Translations under genes and position numbers: made by a program
Assembly: GCA_013265495.1 (NCBI GenBank)
Contig: MU057560.1
Coordinates: forward strand, 1,748,753 to 1,778,518
Direction of reading: 5' to 3'
DNA from: Vicugna vicugna
Lineage: Eukaryota
DNA: 29,766 nucleotides
In this document: in pieces, positions 1-11,243 of the stretch
Numbering within the stretch: the first letter of the stretch is position 1
How the letters are laid out: each line of letters begins with the position of its first letter
Notes under the pieces: generated by a model
What the model saw: the letters and a program-made list of their open reading frames with translations, nothing else
Told to the model about the DNA's origin: nothing
Databases searched by the model: none

Positions 1-14
1 AGTTTAAGGGGTTC

Positions 15-440
15 CAGACCTCACCTAATAAGAAGTTCCAAAAGAAGAAATGGAATAGAATTTGCAAGAAGCGTATTTGAAAAGACAAAAGCAAATGCTT
101 TTTTTCAGAATGGAAGATGAGAATCTTCAGATTGAAAAACCATCAGATACTGAGCATTATAAAATGAAATAAATTTATATCAAGATATACCCAAGTGAAA
201 CCTCAGAAAATTAAGGATGAGAAAACCAAGAAACCTGCCAGAGATAACCGGCTTCCTTCCAAACAATGACAATCGGATTATTAGCAGAAAATGTCATCAG
301 CAGAAAAACAGATACCTAAGATCTTCCATGGACTAAGGGGAAATAACGTCAACATAAAATTCTGTACCTCGCAAAGCTATTTTTAATGTAGGAAACGTAA
401 AAAGACGTTTTCAATATGCAGAGGCCAAGATGAGTGGCTA
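15..440 (+). mobile_element. Ancient LINE-1 ORF1-region fragment (L1M/HAL1-like), heavily decayed
   Basis: A-rich plus strand with remnants typical of the L1 ORF1 C-terminal half ('aatcttcagattgaaa', 'gacaatcggattattagcaga', 'aaaattctgtacctcgcaaagctat'); no open frame. Confidence 0.65.
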
Positions 441-751
441 CCGCCGATCTGCATGCATTGTCCCCCTCAATACTCTGCATGACACCGTTTGACAGGCGAT
501 GGCACTGAGTGTTCAGTAAACCATGGGGAGGGTGCAGATCAGCCGTGCCACCCTCTGGCCGGCTGATTCCGAAGCAGATGCTTTAACCAGCACTTCACTT
601 ACGTTCATAAAGCTCTGCTCACCTCGTCTACTGAAATGGCCAAAGATACTAAGGCTGTCATGAAGATTAAGTAGAGCCCTCAGAGCCTGTGGGTGCCTCG
701 TCCCCTTTCTCTGCACCTGTGAGATTTTTTATAAAATTTCTTATCGTTTTG

Positions 752-863
752 GGGAGGGTGGGAGGAGGTAATTAGTTTTATTTTTTAAACAGAGGCACTG
801 GGGATGGAACCCAGGACCTCGTGCATGCTAGGCACGCGCTCCGCCGCTGAGCCGTCCCCTCCC
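752..863 (-). mobile_element. tRNA-Ala-derived SINE, camelid Vic-type
   Basis: The reverse complement reads GGGAGGGGACGGCTCAGCGGCGGAGCGCGTGCCTAGCATGCACGAGGTCCTGGGTTCCATCCCCAGTGCCTCTG, then an A-rich tract and 'CTAATTACCTCC'. It has degenerate A and B boxes, an AGC anticodon remnant and the tail I recall for camelid SINEs. Confidence 0.85.
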
Positions 864-915
864 TCCCTGCACCCGTGAGGCTTAAGCCTTCAGTACGGCG
901 GCAGGAGGCGCTGCT

Positions 916-916
<1 letters not shown>

Positions 917-954
<38 letters not shown>

Positions 955-1049
955 CCGCCCNNNNNNNNNNNNNNNNNNNNNNNNNNNNNNNNNNNNNNNN
1001 NNNNNNNNNNNNNNNNNNNNNNNNNNNNNNNNNNCCCCCCCCCCCCCCC
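917..1049. repeat. Poly-C tract interrupted by an assembly gap (74 N, 961-1034)
   Basis: 37 C at 917-953, GCCGCCC, 74 N, then 15 C at 1035-1049. Confidence 0.95.
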
Positions 1050-2250
1050 GCATCTGAGACCAGCTGGCGCTGACCCCGCAGCCGGGAGCCCCGTGAACTC
1101 CCCTTAGCGACCTCAAACAAAAGCGGGCTGGGCAGGGAGGGGCCGGGACAGGTCTGCTTCCCGCTCCTGCTCAGTTCACCGGAGCTGGCGTCCCTCGAAC
1201 AAGTGGGGCAAACTGCGCTTCTTCTGAAAGATGCTCTGGACCAGAAGGATAACAAATGGGATGAAAGCGTCAAAACGCCTCCTGGGCGGGGAAGACGCTG
1301 CGGGTGGACACGCCAGGGCTCACGGCAGCTGCTCTGAGGTCGGGGAGAGCCCCGTCCGAGGCTGCCACGGTGTGGATGCGCTCAGCCGCCACACTTCCAC
1401 GGCCCGGCGGGCAGGCGCCTCTTCTCAGAGCTGCCCGCGCTAAGCCCCCCGGCACTGTCCTGCTCCCCGGGCGCGCGGCCAGGCGGCGGGGGGAGGGCGG
1501 GGGGCGCTGCCCTCACTGCTGGGTCCCCCTCCTCTCGCTGGGCTGTTTCCCCACCGAAAACAAGGGATCGGACGCCGTAACGCCTGAGCCCCGGTCCAGC
1601 CTACGTGCGCCCGACTCCAGGTGAACGGCTACGGGGCCTGAGTCAATGAGCCACAGGCGGAAACACCACCGTTTGCCCGGGATCTGTCTGGGCGGGTAGC
1701 GCCGCGTGGGATGCAGCTCCTGGTAGCGGGCACGGGCCGCCCGGTGTCCGGGACGGCGGTAGCGGGGGAACTAACGCCCGCTGAGTCTGGGCGGGCCGGG
1801 GCGCCCGGCTGCACCGCCTGCTGCTTACGAAGCAAAGGGCTTTGGCAAATCGCGGTCTCCCCGCAGCGGGAGGGGGGCCGTTCCAGGCGCAGGCGGACGG
1901 AGGCGTTTCCGAGCAGTTTCCTGAGGAACGCGCTCATTGGCCGGGGGCGTCTGCTGAGGCCGGCAGCCCCCGAGGACCCCGCGACATCCCGGGGCACTTG
2001 AGCTGCTAACGCCATTCCAGCCCCCGGTGTGCTGACGAACCACAGCGCAGGATGGCAGATGGGCGGAACGGTGAGAAATACAGAATATTCAGCAGAGCCG
2101 TGCCCAAGCCGGGCTAGTCATAGAGTAACTGCAGAGCGGCTTAAACACGAGACCCGCAGGCCCCAGCTCAGCAGAATTCCGGAGGTTAGGGCCGGAATCT
2201 CCGTTCTAAGGGCCTCCTGAGGACTTCGCTGACGGGCTGGGGTCCTTGGC
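1050..2250. promoter_or_regulatory. CpG-island-like segment with promoter-type motifs
   Basis: High GC and frequent CpG by eye; GC box GGGCGG 1495-1500; AP-1 TGAGTCA 1639-1645; NF-Y CCAAT box on the minus strand (ATTGG 1936-1940, context GGCCAATGAG). No associated gene identified. Confidence 0.55.
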
Positions 2251-2909
2251 TCCAGGTTGTCCAGCCTTCAGGTGACAGGATCTCATCAGAGACGGTAGCT
2301 GGCACTCTTATCCACACTCAACAGACAAAGCCAACTGCATACCCCGGGTTTCGTTTCTTCGTTTTGGAAGAAAGAGCAGCAGAGGTTTGAAAAAAATGCA
2401 GGGCAAGGAGTTTCATAGCTTCCTAAAATCCTTTCTCAAGAACCTCCATTTAGGAGTGGAGGAGCCTCTGGGTCCGGCCCACGGCCTTACCTCTCCTGGT
2501 CACCCTGCTTTCCTTGAGGCCCCTCCTGAATCCCCGAGGAGATATCTGCTCATCTCAAAACAGAGTCCTCAGCCTGAACAGGTCAGGAATGAATCAGCTA
2601 CAAATGCGAGGGGCGCGTGTCTGCAAACGCCTGTGTGCTTGCCGAGACACACCTTCTCACCTTGCGGTCCAAGGGGCTTACATTAGGAAGGCTTTTCGCG
2701 TACCCCTTGGGCAGGGCTGCGATTCCTTGGCCCCTTCTGTGGGTCCCGCGTCATTCATTTATAAGGACAGAAATCACCCCTTCGCTTCCCAAATATTTAC
2801 GAGCTTCCATCTCCAAATCGATGCTCTTTGTCCCTCTGAACCTTCTGCACTCAGTCCGTCTACACTGACTCTTTGTGAGCTTGTTCATGGTCCTAAGACT
2901 TCCTTCACC

Positions 2910-3030
2910 CACTCCCTCCCTCCTTCCCTCCCTCTTCCATTTCACCAAATGCCCATTACGGGGTAGCACTTTAACAAAATGCTGGAGATACAAAAATAGA
3001 AGATACTATCTTTCTCTTAAGAACCCTACA
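2910..3030 (-). mobile_element. LINE-2 3'-end fragment (target of the adjacent L1 insertion)
   Basis: 'catttcaccaaat...gctggagatacaaaaatagaagatactatctttctcttaagaaccctaca' resembles the reverse complement of the L2 3' end. Confidence 0.6.
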
Positions 3031-5124
3031 ACCAAGCTGAACAGAAAAAATACATAACTTGTAAAAAAATGAACATAGTTTAAGAGACCTCTGTGACAGC
3101 AGCAAGTGTACTAACAGTCACATGACGGGGGCCCCACGAGGAGGAGAGAGAGGGGCAGATACCTCATCTGAAGAAATAACGGGCGAGAACTTTCCTAACC
3201 TGGGAAAGGAAACATTCAACCAGGTCCGGGAAGCAGAGAGAGACTCAACCAAGATGAAGCCAAGGAGGTTCACAGCAAGACACGTTATAATTAAAATGGT
3301 AAAAATCAAAGTTAAAGAGGGGATCTTAAAAGCAGCAAGAAAAAAGCAACTAGCTCCTTACACACAGACTCCCATAATTTCTCAGCTGACTTTGCAGAGG
3401 GAGCTCTGCAGGCCAGAAGCGGGCGGCGCGATACATGCAAAGTGTTGAAAGGGAACCATCTACAACGAGAACACTCTGCCCGCAAGGCTGTCATTCAGAT
3501 TAAAAGGAGAGGTAAGGAGTCTTGCAGACAAGCAGAAGCTCCGAGTGCTGAGCGCCACTAAGCCAGCTTGACGAGGCACGTGAAAGGGACTTCTCCTCTT
3601 GGGAAAGAAAGGGCCACACTGAAAGTATGAAAACTACAAAGGGGAAATCTCACTGGGAAAGGCAAACGACAGAGAAAGTAGCAGCTCAACCTCTCACAAA
3701 GCCAGTGGGAAGGTTAAAGCCGTCGATATCCACGATCCCTAGTTAAGGGACGCACAAACAAAAAGATGAAAAATACGTCAGAACATCAAACCCGGGAGGG
3801 GTGAAAACGCAGGGTCATTGGCTGCATTCGAACTGAAGACACCAACAACTTCAAATAATCATGTATGTGATTATTTCATGTAATGATAGATCGATCGATG
3901 GTAGCTATATGTGAAACTCACGGTAACCAAAAATATATAATAGATACAAAAAAGGAGGCAGGAATGTAATCGTAACGCTAAAGACAGTCATCAAATCACA
4001 AGGGAACAGAGCAAAAGAAGAAGAAAGGGGAAGAAGAACCACAGAAACCAGGAGCATTTAACACAGTGGCGATGAGTACCTACGTATCAGTCATTCACCT
4101 TGAAGGTAAATGGACTGAATGCTCCAATCAGAAGACGCAGAGCAGCTGGATGGACACGAAAAGAGGACGCATGTTGTGCTGCCGACAGGAAACTCACTTC
4201 TGACTGAAACACACACAGACCGGAAAGGAAGGGATGGAGAAGGGATTCCGTGCAAATGGAAGCAAAAAGAAAGCTGGAGCAAGGATACTCTGATCAAAGA
4301 AAATAGACCTTAAACAAAGACTGTAACGGGAGACAAAGGAGGAGACCACATAATTCTGAAGGGGTCAATCCAAGAAGAAAATACAACACTTGTAAATAAA
4401 TATGCACCTAAACACATAAAGCAAGTATGAACGCGCAGAAACGGAGATGCTGGCAGTAGCACAGTAATGGGGGGGACTCCAACATCCCGCTCACATCAAA
4501 GGACACACTGTGCCAACAGACTTGCACTTCCAGGTGTTTACCCCAAGAAAATGAAAACACTGGTTCAGGAAGATATATGCACACCAATGCGCCTTACTTA
4601 CAACGGCCAAAATATGGAAGCAACCTGAGTGTCCATTGAGAAATGAATGGATAAAGAAGATGTGGGGCATAAATACAACAGAGTATTACTCAGCCATAGC
4701 AAATGAAATCTTGCCAGCGGCAACCATATGATGGACCCAGAGGGTGTTATGCCGAGTGAAGTAAGTCCGAAAGACAAATACCTCATGATCTCACTTATGT
4801 GAGGAATCTAACAAACAAACAAAACAAAAGGAGAACAGACTCATAAATAAAGAAGGAAGTAAAAGCGATTTCCAGAAGAGAGGGGACTGGGGTGGGTGAA
4901 ACAGGAGTAAGAGATTAAGAGGTACAAACCTCCAGTTATGCAATAACTAAGCCAAGGGGTGTAACTTGCAGCATGAGGAAGATGGCCAATAGCACCGTAG
5001 CAACTTCGCAGGAGGCAGAAGGTTACTAGACCTACCATGGTTTCACAACGTGTGCAAACGTCACATTGCTACGTAGTACACCTGAAACTCACATAATGTT
5101 GTGCATCAACTACATTTCAGTAAA
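3031..5124 (+). mobile_element. LINE-1, 5'-truncated within ORF1 and internally deleted in ORF2, with 3' UTR and TSD
   Basis: ORF 3122-3448 encodes an ORF1p-like peptide (EEITGENFPNLGKET...RHVIIKM...ILKAARKKQL). ORF1 ends near 3600 and a long inter-ORF spacer follows. A frameshifted endonuclease start spans about 4066-4520 (NGLNAPI, QETH remnants) and joins directly to the ORF2 C-terminus and 3' UTR (4521-5124). Flanked by AAGAACCCTAC (3019-3029) and AAGAACCTTAC (5125-5135). Confidence 0.92.
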
Positions 5125-5579
5125 AAGAACCTTACCACTTATCTTCTCCAGCTCCACCAAGTTGAACAAATCTGTGGTGAACTGCTTCATTAAAATTAAA
5201 CACACTCTCCCGTGTAATACATAAACAACACTTGCTTCCCTCTTTGGGCTTCAGGTAGTGTGTCTAAAGCAGTGGTTTTTAAAACGTGTGCTCTGCGGAC
5301 CTAGTCCAGGGCACGGCTGGGAAGGCGGGCCCGCCTGAGCACCTGACCCCCGCCTCCCCCACCCCATCAGCGTTCCCACCTGGGGTAAAGCCTGGAGCTG
5401 GGGCTGTGGTGTGTATGCTCTCACAGGGGCTGGTGCAGGTGAGGCGTAAGGGTCCTCCCGCAGCCTGCATTCTGTAGTTTTGAGATGAAATAAAAGGGCA
5501 GGATGTGCAGACCTGAGTGAGGAGGAGTTCACATTGACGACAGAGGTAAGAGGGAACCACGGTGAGGAACAAGTTCAGG

Positions 5580-6460
5580 GCTACATATGCTGAAATTAAG
5601 CTGTGAGTTTTTAATTATTCCCCTGAAGCCAAACACGGGGAGGCTGGGGGAAGGTGTCCAAAAGGTTTCACGCTACCAGAATAGATTTTAATGATCACCT
5701 GGCAGCTTCCAAAATTAGGGTTGTGAATGTGGTTATTTTTATCAGTTGACACTCATCAAAAGAAAATTCAGTTGCTCTGTATCAGTTAAATGCTGATATG
5801 CACATGACGTGACTAAATGATTCATCATTTTATTAAGAATGCAAGTGAACACTGCATGCCCAAATGCTCAATAGTAAGCAACCAGCTATTCAAATATCTG
5901 ACCTTCTGCATACCTGCCCAGAGAAAACCACATTTTTAAGTTTTACAAAACAGAAAAAGTAGAACTCAAAGTAATATGTACATTAATAATTATTTGCATC
6001 ATCTTCTCAATTGCCTCCATGTTGAGCATTTGTGGAATAACTTTGATGGCGTCAGTTTTGTGTAGGGATTCTCTGCCTCCCGATCTCGCACAGAACGGAC
6101 GTTCATCAGAGGGTAACAGACTTGCAAGAAACTGTCATCAGTCTTGAGTTACTCAGGAAATTGTTTAAATTAATAAGACACACAGATCGGCGAAAGTGCT
6201 CCCAATGCCGTAATTCTGAAGGCAGGCATCTCCACGCTTCCGAGGCTGGGGCTGAAGTGTTCTGCCCTCAGTCTGGTCTCTGGGTGGACGCTCTCGGGAA
6301 ATGGCTCCCATGTTATAGACGATTCAATCATTCAGTCATTCAATCATCTTGACAAGGCGGTCTTTTTCCCCTTCATTTATGATAATGTGCATAAGAGGAA
6401 AATTAGAGTGAAAAATGGATTTTGACCCAAAGTGAAATTGGCAAATGTAATCAAGTCCCA
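5580..6460. promoter_or_regulatory. Repeat-free AT-rich block, candidate conserved enhancer
   Basis: Octamer ATTTGCAT 5992-5999 preceded by TAATAATT; TCF/LEF CTTTGAT 6041-6047; overlapping E-box/CRE half-site CACATGACGT 5801-5810. Motif evidence only. Confidence 0.3.
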
Positions 6461-7300
6461 AATGCCGTAAGGACTTGGACGTCCTCTGCCTCATCGGTCT
6501 AAAGGTTGCTGTCAAACCACCGCCCTGGCCCGACCCTGCACGCTCAGCCCTGCCACGAGGCTCCAGGTTCCAGGAAAGGGGATGAGGACAGATGCCAGTG
6601 TCCTGAGCTCAGCGATGGCCCCAGCCAGGCCTCCTCCCTGGGGTGCAGAGCATGGGGGTCACAAGGCTGGCGACTGGACCTGTGGCTGAGCCCCCAGTCC
6701 CACAGTGAGGTGGCCCACGTGTCTCGGGGGGATCTGCCAGCCCTGGGCACTCCCAGACTCAGCTCTTGGTCCAAGTTTCTATTTCTTGCCTGACCTTTAT
6801 TCTCCTTCAAACAGAAGCCGAAACAATGACCCAGCCAGCTCCTCCGTCTGGTCACTACCTTCTGTGGCTCCCCATCACTACAGGTGTCCACCTGGCTGTC
6901 CTGAGTTCAGCCAAGGCAGCGGGAGCTGCTGAGCCACAAGGGGGTCCCTGCTTCATCCTCGGGTCAGTGGGACCGAATCCAGCATTTCAGACCAGCCCCA
7001 GGGATGCACTGAGCATTAAAAGCCACACTTTCTAACAGATCCCTGACCCGCCTGTCTTCTCCACGATTTCTGGACTGGGGCCAGAGCCGCCTCCCGCATA
7101 TGAACAGCACTGGCCGCAGTGAGTGGTCCGAGTGTGCTGACCTCAGTGGTGAGGACGGCAGCTATGAGGATGCGCGCAGTTCTCTGTGGAGCCTGAGGTC
7201 CAAGCACTGTGACAGGCTGGCCAGGACTTACCCTCCCTGGAAAGAGGACCCAGGGACAGGAGGGCATCAAGCCCCTGGCAGCATCAGCACTAGCCGGTGC

Positions 7301-7400
7301 CACCCACCCACCCATCCACGGACCCATCCATCCACGGACCCATCCATCCACCCACCCACCCACACACCCACGGACCCATCCATCAACCCACCCACCATCC
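7301..7400. repeat. (CCAY)n tetranucleotide low-complexity repeat
   Basis: Imperfect CCAC/CCAT array with a recurring 'ccacggacccatccat' variant. Confidence 0.9.
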
Positions 7401-7686
7401 TTAAATGTCACTTGTCCTGAAACTCAGCTGTCTTGCTTGTCACTGAGCTGAAACTTGGCCTGGTGATTATTGATCAGGAAGTGGTTTCTCTCATTAACTG
7501 TGTGTGTCCTGGCCCCGTCAAAGACTTTGGCTTCCCCAAGGTAAAGAGGGCCCATCTTCCAAAACCAGAGGACAGGTTAGATTCAGGAATCTCAATGTGT
7601 CGAGGAGAAACTGGACATCTTGTCACTCTCCTTTCTTCTCTTAAGTAGAGGGCCTCTCTGCTGGCAGGGAGGTACAGACAGCAGTG

Positions 7687-7810
7687 CATCCACACACCCA
7701 CCCACCCATCCATCTATTCATCCATCCTTCTACCATCTACTCAACCATCACTCAGCTATCCATCTGCCATCCACTCATCCAGCCACCCACTCATCCATCC
7801 ATCCACCCAC
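7687..7810. repeat. Degenerate (CCAT/CCAC)n repeat
   Basis: 'catccacacacccacccacccatccatctattcatccatcc...atccatccatccacccac'. Confidence 0.85.
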
Positions 7811-7855
7811 AGTGAGCTTCCTGCAGGTGAGGCAGCCAAAACAGACTTTCTCAGA

Positions 7856-8015
7856 AGAATAGTGTTAGAGGGGACCTCGGAAATTACTTATCCCAATCTC
7901 CTAGTGTTCAGACCAAGGACCTGAAGTTCAGAAACACACAATGATTCTCCAAATATTGCACAGCTGCTAAGAAAGGTAAGAGTTTGGACTAAACATCGAA
8001 AGCAGATGACTAAGG
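7856..8015 (-). mobile_element. MIR (MIR3/MIRb-like) SINE fragment
   Basis: 'gacctcggaaattacttatcccaatctcctagtgttcagaccaaggacctgaagttcaga...tgcacagctgctaag' resembles the reverse-complemented MIR core. Confidence 0.6.
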
Positions 8016-9579
8016 CAGATGGCCCAGTAGGCTCCCCATAGGGAGGTGCCAATCATAATGACCCTTGGTATTTTTAAGGCAATGATTGGCCAGTCCTCAG
8101 TACTCTTCCTTTCATCTGAAACAGAGCAGCATCAAACCACAATAAACCCACACACAGAGTCCAAGCTTCTTTTAAGCGATGTATGAATACGTGACCCCAC
8201 TGACGTGAAAGGATTGTTTGTCTGTGGAGGAGTGTGTGGAGGCAGCCGCTGGGACGTGAACCGCGGTAACCTCGCTTGCTGGGACAGTCACCTTCTTCTG
8301 GTAGTTTCGGTAGTGTTAACTGTCCCATGTTACCTGTATAAAGGTTTTTGAAGAATAATAAATTTAGAGCAAAAAAATAAGCATTGTTGCATAGTTTAAA
8401 TCTCGTACAAGTGAATTCTGTAAGGTCCAGCTGCACATCACAAGAACGCCTCTAACGGCCGTGTGAAGATGCACCGGTAACCAGTGAAAACACGTGGACT
8501 CAAATCCGAAGACGACAACGAAGGCAGAAGCTCTCGACCGAGGGCTTCGATGGCCTCGGGAAACAGACCAGCGGGTTTGCCGCTCGGGCCTGTTGTCAGG
8601 GCCTGACTCAGACCCAGATCAACGACTCCGAGACAAGACAGACTTAGGGCTGCTCAGCAACCACCGGGGAGCAGGCTTCCACACACCTGAACTGACCGGG
8701 CGCGGCCACACCGCCTGCAAACACGGCGCTCCTGTCCGCGGCCGGTACTGGACGCAGGCCCCTGTCTGAGCTGACGAGCACTGGAACCAAGTCCATCCCT
8801 TCGGCTTTTACCGTGTCCCTGCAGCTGGAGTGAGGCAGATACGCTTGCACTGGTTTTACGGGTGAGAAAAACTGAGCCTCAAAGAGAAAAGTATAGTCAG
8901 AGAAACAGAATCAGAATCCACACACGAAGACAAACTGGAGAAGCTATTTGTGTCAGAAATTTGGTTCAAACCAAGAGCTTCTGAGCTTAATTCCCACACT
9001 TTTTCAAACACTAACTTCCAAGGTTTTCCCCATTTTGCTGGCCCCAAAACATAGTCTTTGATCCAGAAAGAAAGCAGTAATAGCCAACTGATTCCTACGT
9101 CGCATCTCAGGACCCACATTCCATCCCCAACCCCCGACCAGGACCACATTCAACCTCCAGGAATAATGACCATGAGCCTCTCCAGACAGCTCCTGTTTTC
9201 CTGACAACCCTCTCATCGTCTGGAAGCCGGCCAGAGGCGTCAGCCACCGCCTGTCCTGTGTGCACATGGCGTGGGGCGGAGGCGGTCACAGACTCAGCCC
9301 TGGTCCCTGCAGAGCCCCGCTCCGGGCTGGGCTCACACGGCACCCACCTGAACAGCCTGGAGGAGCGTGGTCACAGGCTGCACTGAGGGGCATCTGCCTT
9401 CTAACCAACAGGAAGCCGTGGGGAGAGAGGAGGTTGTGACAGCATTTCGTTTAAATTCTCGGCTCCCTGCAGACACCCCCAGTAGGCTTCTTGCTGATGA
9501 AAACCCAATGGTTCTCTGGGGTCTGTTCGGTTGCCTTATGGATTAAAGAACTCAGTGCGTGTGTATGTAAAATTGTTAC

Positions 9580-9710
9580 TCATATATAGTAATATATTAT
9601 ACGTCATACACTATATGTATAATTGAATAATGAATATGTAATTATAATAATGAAGACATAGATAACATATAACATATACAGACAGATTCCTGAGTGCTAT
9701 ATATATATTT
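9580..9710. repeat. TA-rich low-complexity tract
   Basis: Degenerate (TA)n and AT-rich sequence. Confidence 0.75.
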
Positions 9711-9770
9711 TTTGGTCCAGATTTTTGGGCAGCTGTATATTTTTTTTCTGTGCAGTATATATTTTGGGAT

Positions 9771-10130
9771 TTTTTTTTTAAATAGACTTTATTTTTTTAG
9801 AGCAGTTTTAGGTTCACAGCCAACTTGAGTGGAAGGTACAGAGAGTCCCCTAAACTCCCCAGCCTCATGCATGCATGGCCGCCCCCGTTCTCAGCACCCC
9901 TGCCAGCCGGTGCACTTGTTACAACTGCTGAACCTACACAAACCCGCCACCATCACCCGAAGCCCACGGCTCACCCCGGGGCTCACTCCTGGCGTTGTAC
10001 GTCCTGTGCGTTTGGACAAATGGCTAAAAATGACGTGTATCCCCTATAACAGTGGTCACACAGAAGAGTTTCCGCGCCCTGAGAATTCTCTGTGCTTGGC
10101 CTGTGCACCCTTTCTTCCTGCCAACAACCA
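9771..10130 (-). mobile_element. LINE-1 3' end, L1MC1/2-like
   Basis: Poly-T followed by 'aatagactttatttttttagagcagttttaggttcacagc...ggtgcacttgttacaactgctgaacctacac', the reverse complement of the L1MC 3' UTR. Confidence 0.88.
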
Positions 10131-10789
10131 TATATATTAAGAGCTATTCACTTAATTATATGGCTTGGAAATCACTGGCTTAGTGAAGTCCTTGCAACAT
10201 GTATGAAGACCTTCACAGCACACTGCAGCTATCCGATGTACCCCTAGAACTACTAGTATGTGCCGCGTTATATGTTAGGGGGAGCTAGCCAGGAAATCTG
10301 GAGGCATATGTTACATGTTACAAGGAGCTGGCCAGGAAGTTTATGAAGTTGGAATCTAATACCGGGAATTGAAGGTAGAAATAATTTTCTTTGAAGAAAC
10401 TTTCAGGAAGCCCACAATATTTTGGCTCTCCTTCCCTGTTTTTATGATTTATCTGAACTTCATGTGGAAATAGGTATCATCTCACGTGTTGGTGCTAGCT
10501 GGCTTCCAGCGCTACCTGGAGAACCTCGGTGACAAGACTTGGAGGCTGTGAGCACGATCAGTGGGTGGCGGTTGCTGGGCAGGGGGTGCAGCAGCCAAGG
10601 CGGGGGAGGGAGGCAGGGGGTGCACAGGGGATGCGGGCCACATGGGACACCAGCCAATAGCATGAGGAGAAAACTGAAGCAGATGATCCTCCTGAAATTG
10701 GGCAACTTACCTCAGTCTTCCCATGCTGATGACAACTGACCTTAAAATTAAGGCCGACCTGCGCACTCAAGCTCACTGCAATACTGTGT

Positions 10790-11243
10790 TGCTCACACGA
10801 GCCGAAGGGTGGGAACGACCCAAGAGTCCATCGGCAGATGGATGAGTCAGATCTGCTCTGTCCATGCCCTGGGACGTTACTCAGCCAGAAGGAGTGAGGT
10901 TCTGGTCCACACTGCTACCCGGAGGGACCTGGCAAACACGATGCTAAGTCAAACCAAGCCAGACACAAAGGACACGTGTTGTGTGACCCCACGAATGTGA
11001 AGTACCCAGAGCAGACAGAGTCACAGACACAGAGGACAGCGTAGAGGTTACCGGGACCTGGGAGGGGTGAGGCAGGGAGGTGGCGTGTGATGGGTGTGGA
11101 GATTTTGTTTGGGCTAATGAAAAAGGTTTGGAAATACATATTGGTGATGGTTGCACAACACTGTGAATGTAATTAATGCTACCTAAAAAATAGTTACAAT
11201 GGCAAATTTTATATTATATTTACTTGACCATAATTTTCAAAAA
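10790..11243 (+). mobile_element. LINE-1 3' end, L1MB-like
   Basis: ORF2 C-terminal remnant ('atgctaagtcaaaccaagccagacacaaaggacac') and 3' UTR 'ggtgatggttgcacaacactgtgaatgtaattaatgc...atggcaaattttatatta'. Confidence 0.88.

Noticed and set aside
790..863. tRNA-Ala gene
   Set aside because: Degenerate A and B boxes, no proper acceptor stem and a SINE-type tail; it is a SINE.
778..1273. Poly-Gly and poly-Pro ORFs
   Set aside because: Produced by the C homopolymer and the N gap; one runs into the SINE.
1231..2043. Cluster of 60-128 aa ORFs as a coding exon
   Set aside because: They overlap on both strands, have Arg/Gly/Ala/Pro-biased composition expected from GC-rich DNA and show no recognisable domain.
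3122..3448. Functional or domesticated L1 ORF1 gene
   Set aside because: 5'-truncated and frameshifted near 3360-3390, inside a decayed L1.
7016..7862. His/Pro-rich and Gly/Trp-rich ORFs
   Set aside because: Translations of (CCAY)n simple repeats.
10267..10348. Two-copy repeat of about 43 bp (GGAGCTRGCCAGGAA core)
   Set aside because: An old decayed tandem duplication with no sign of function.
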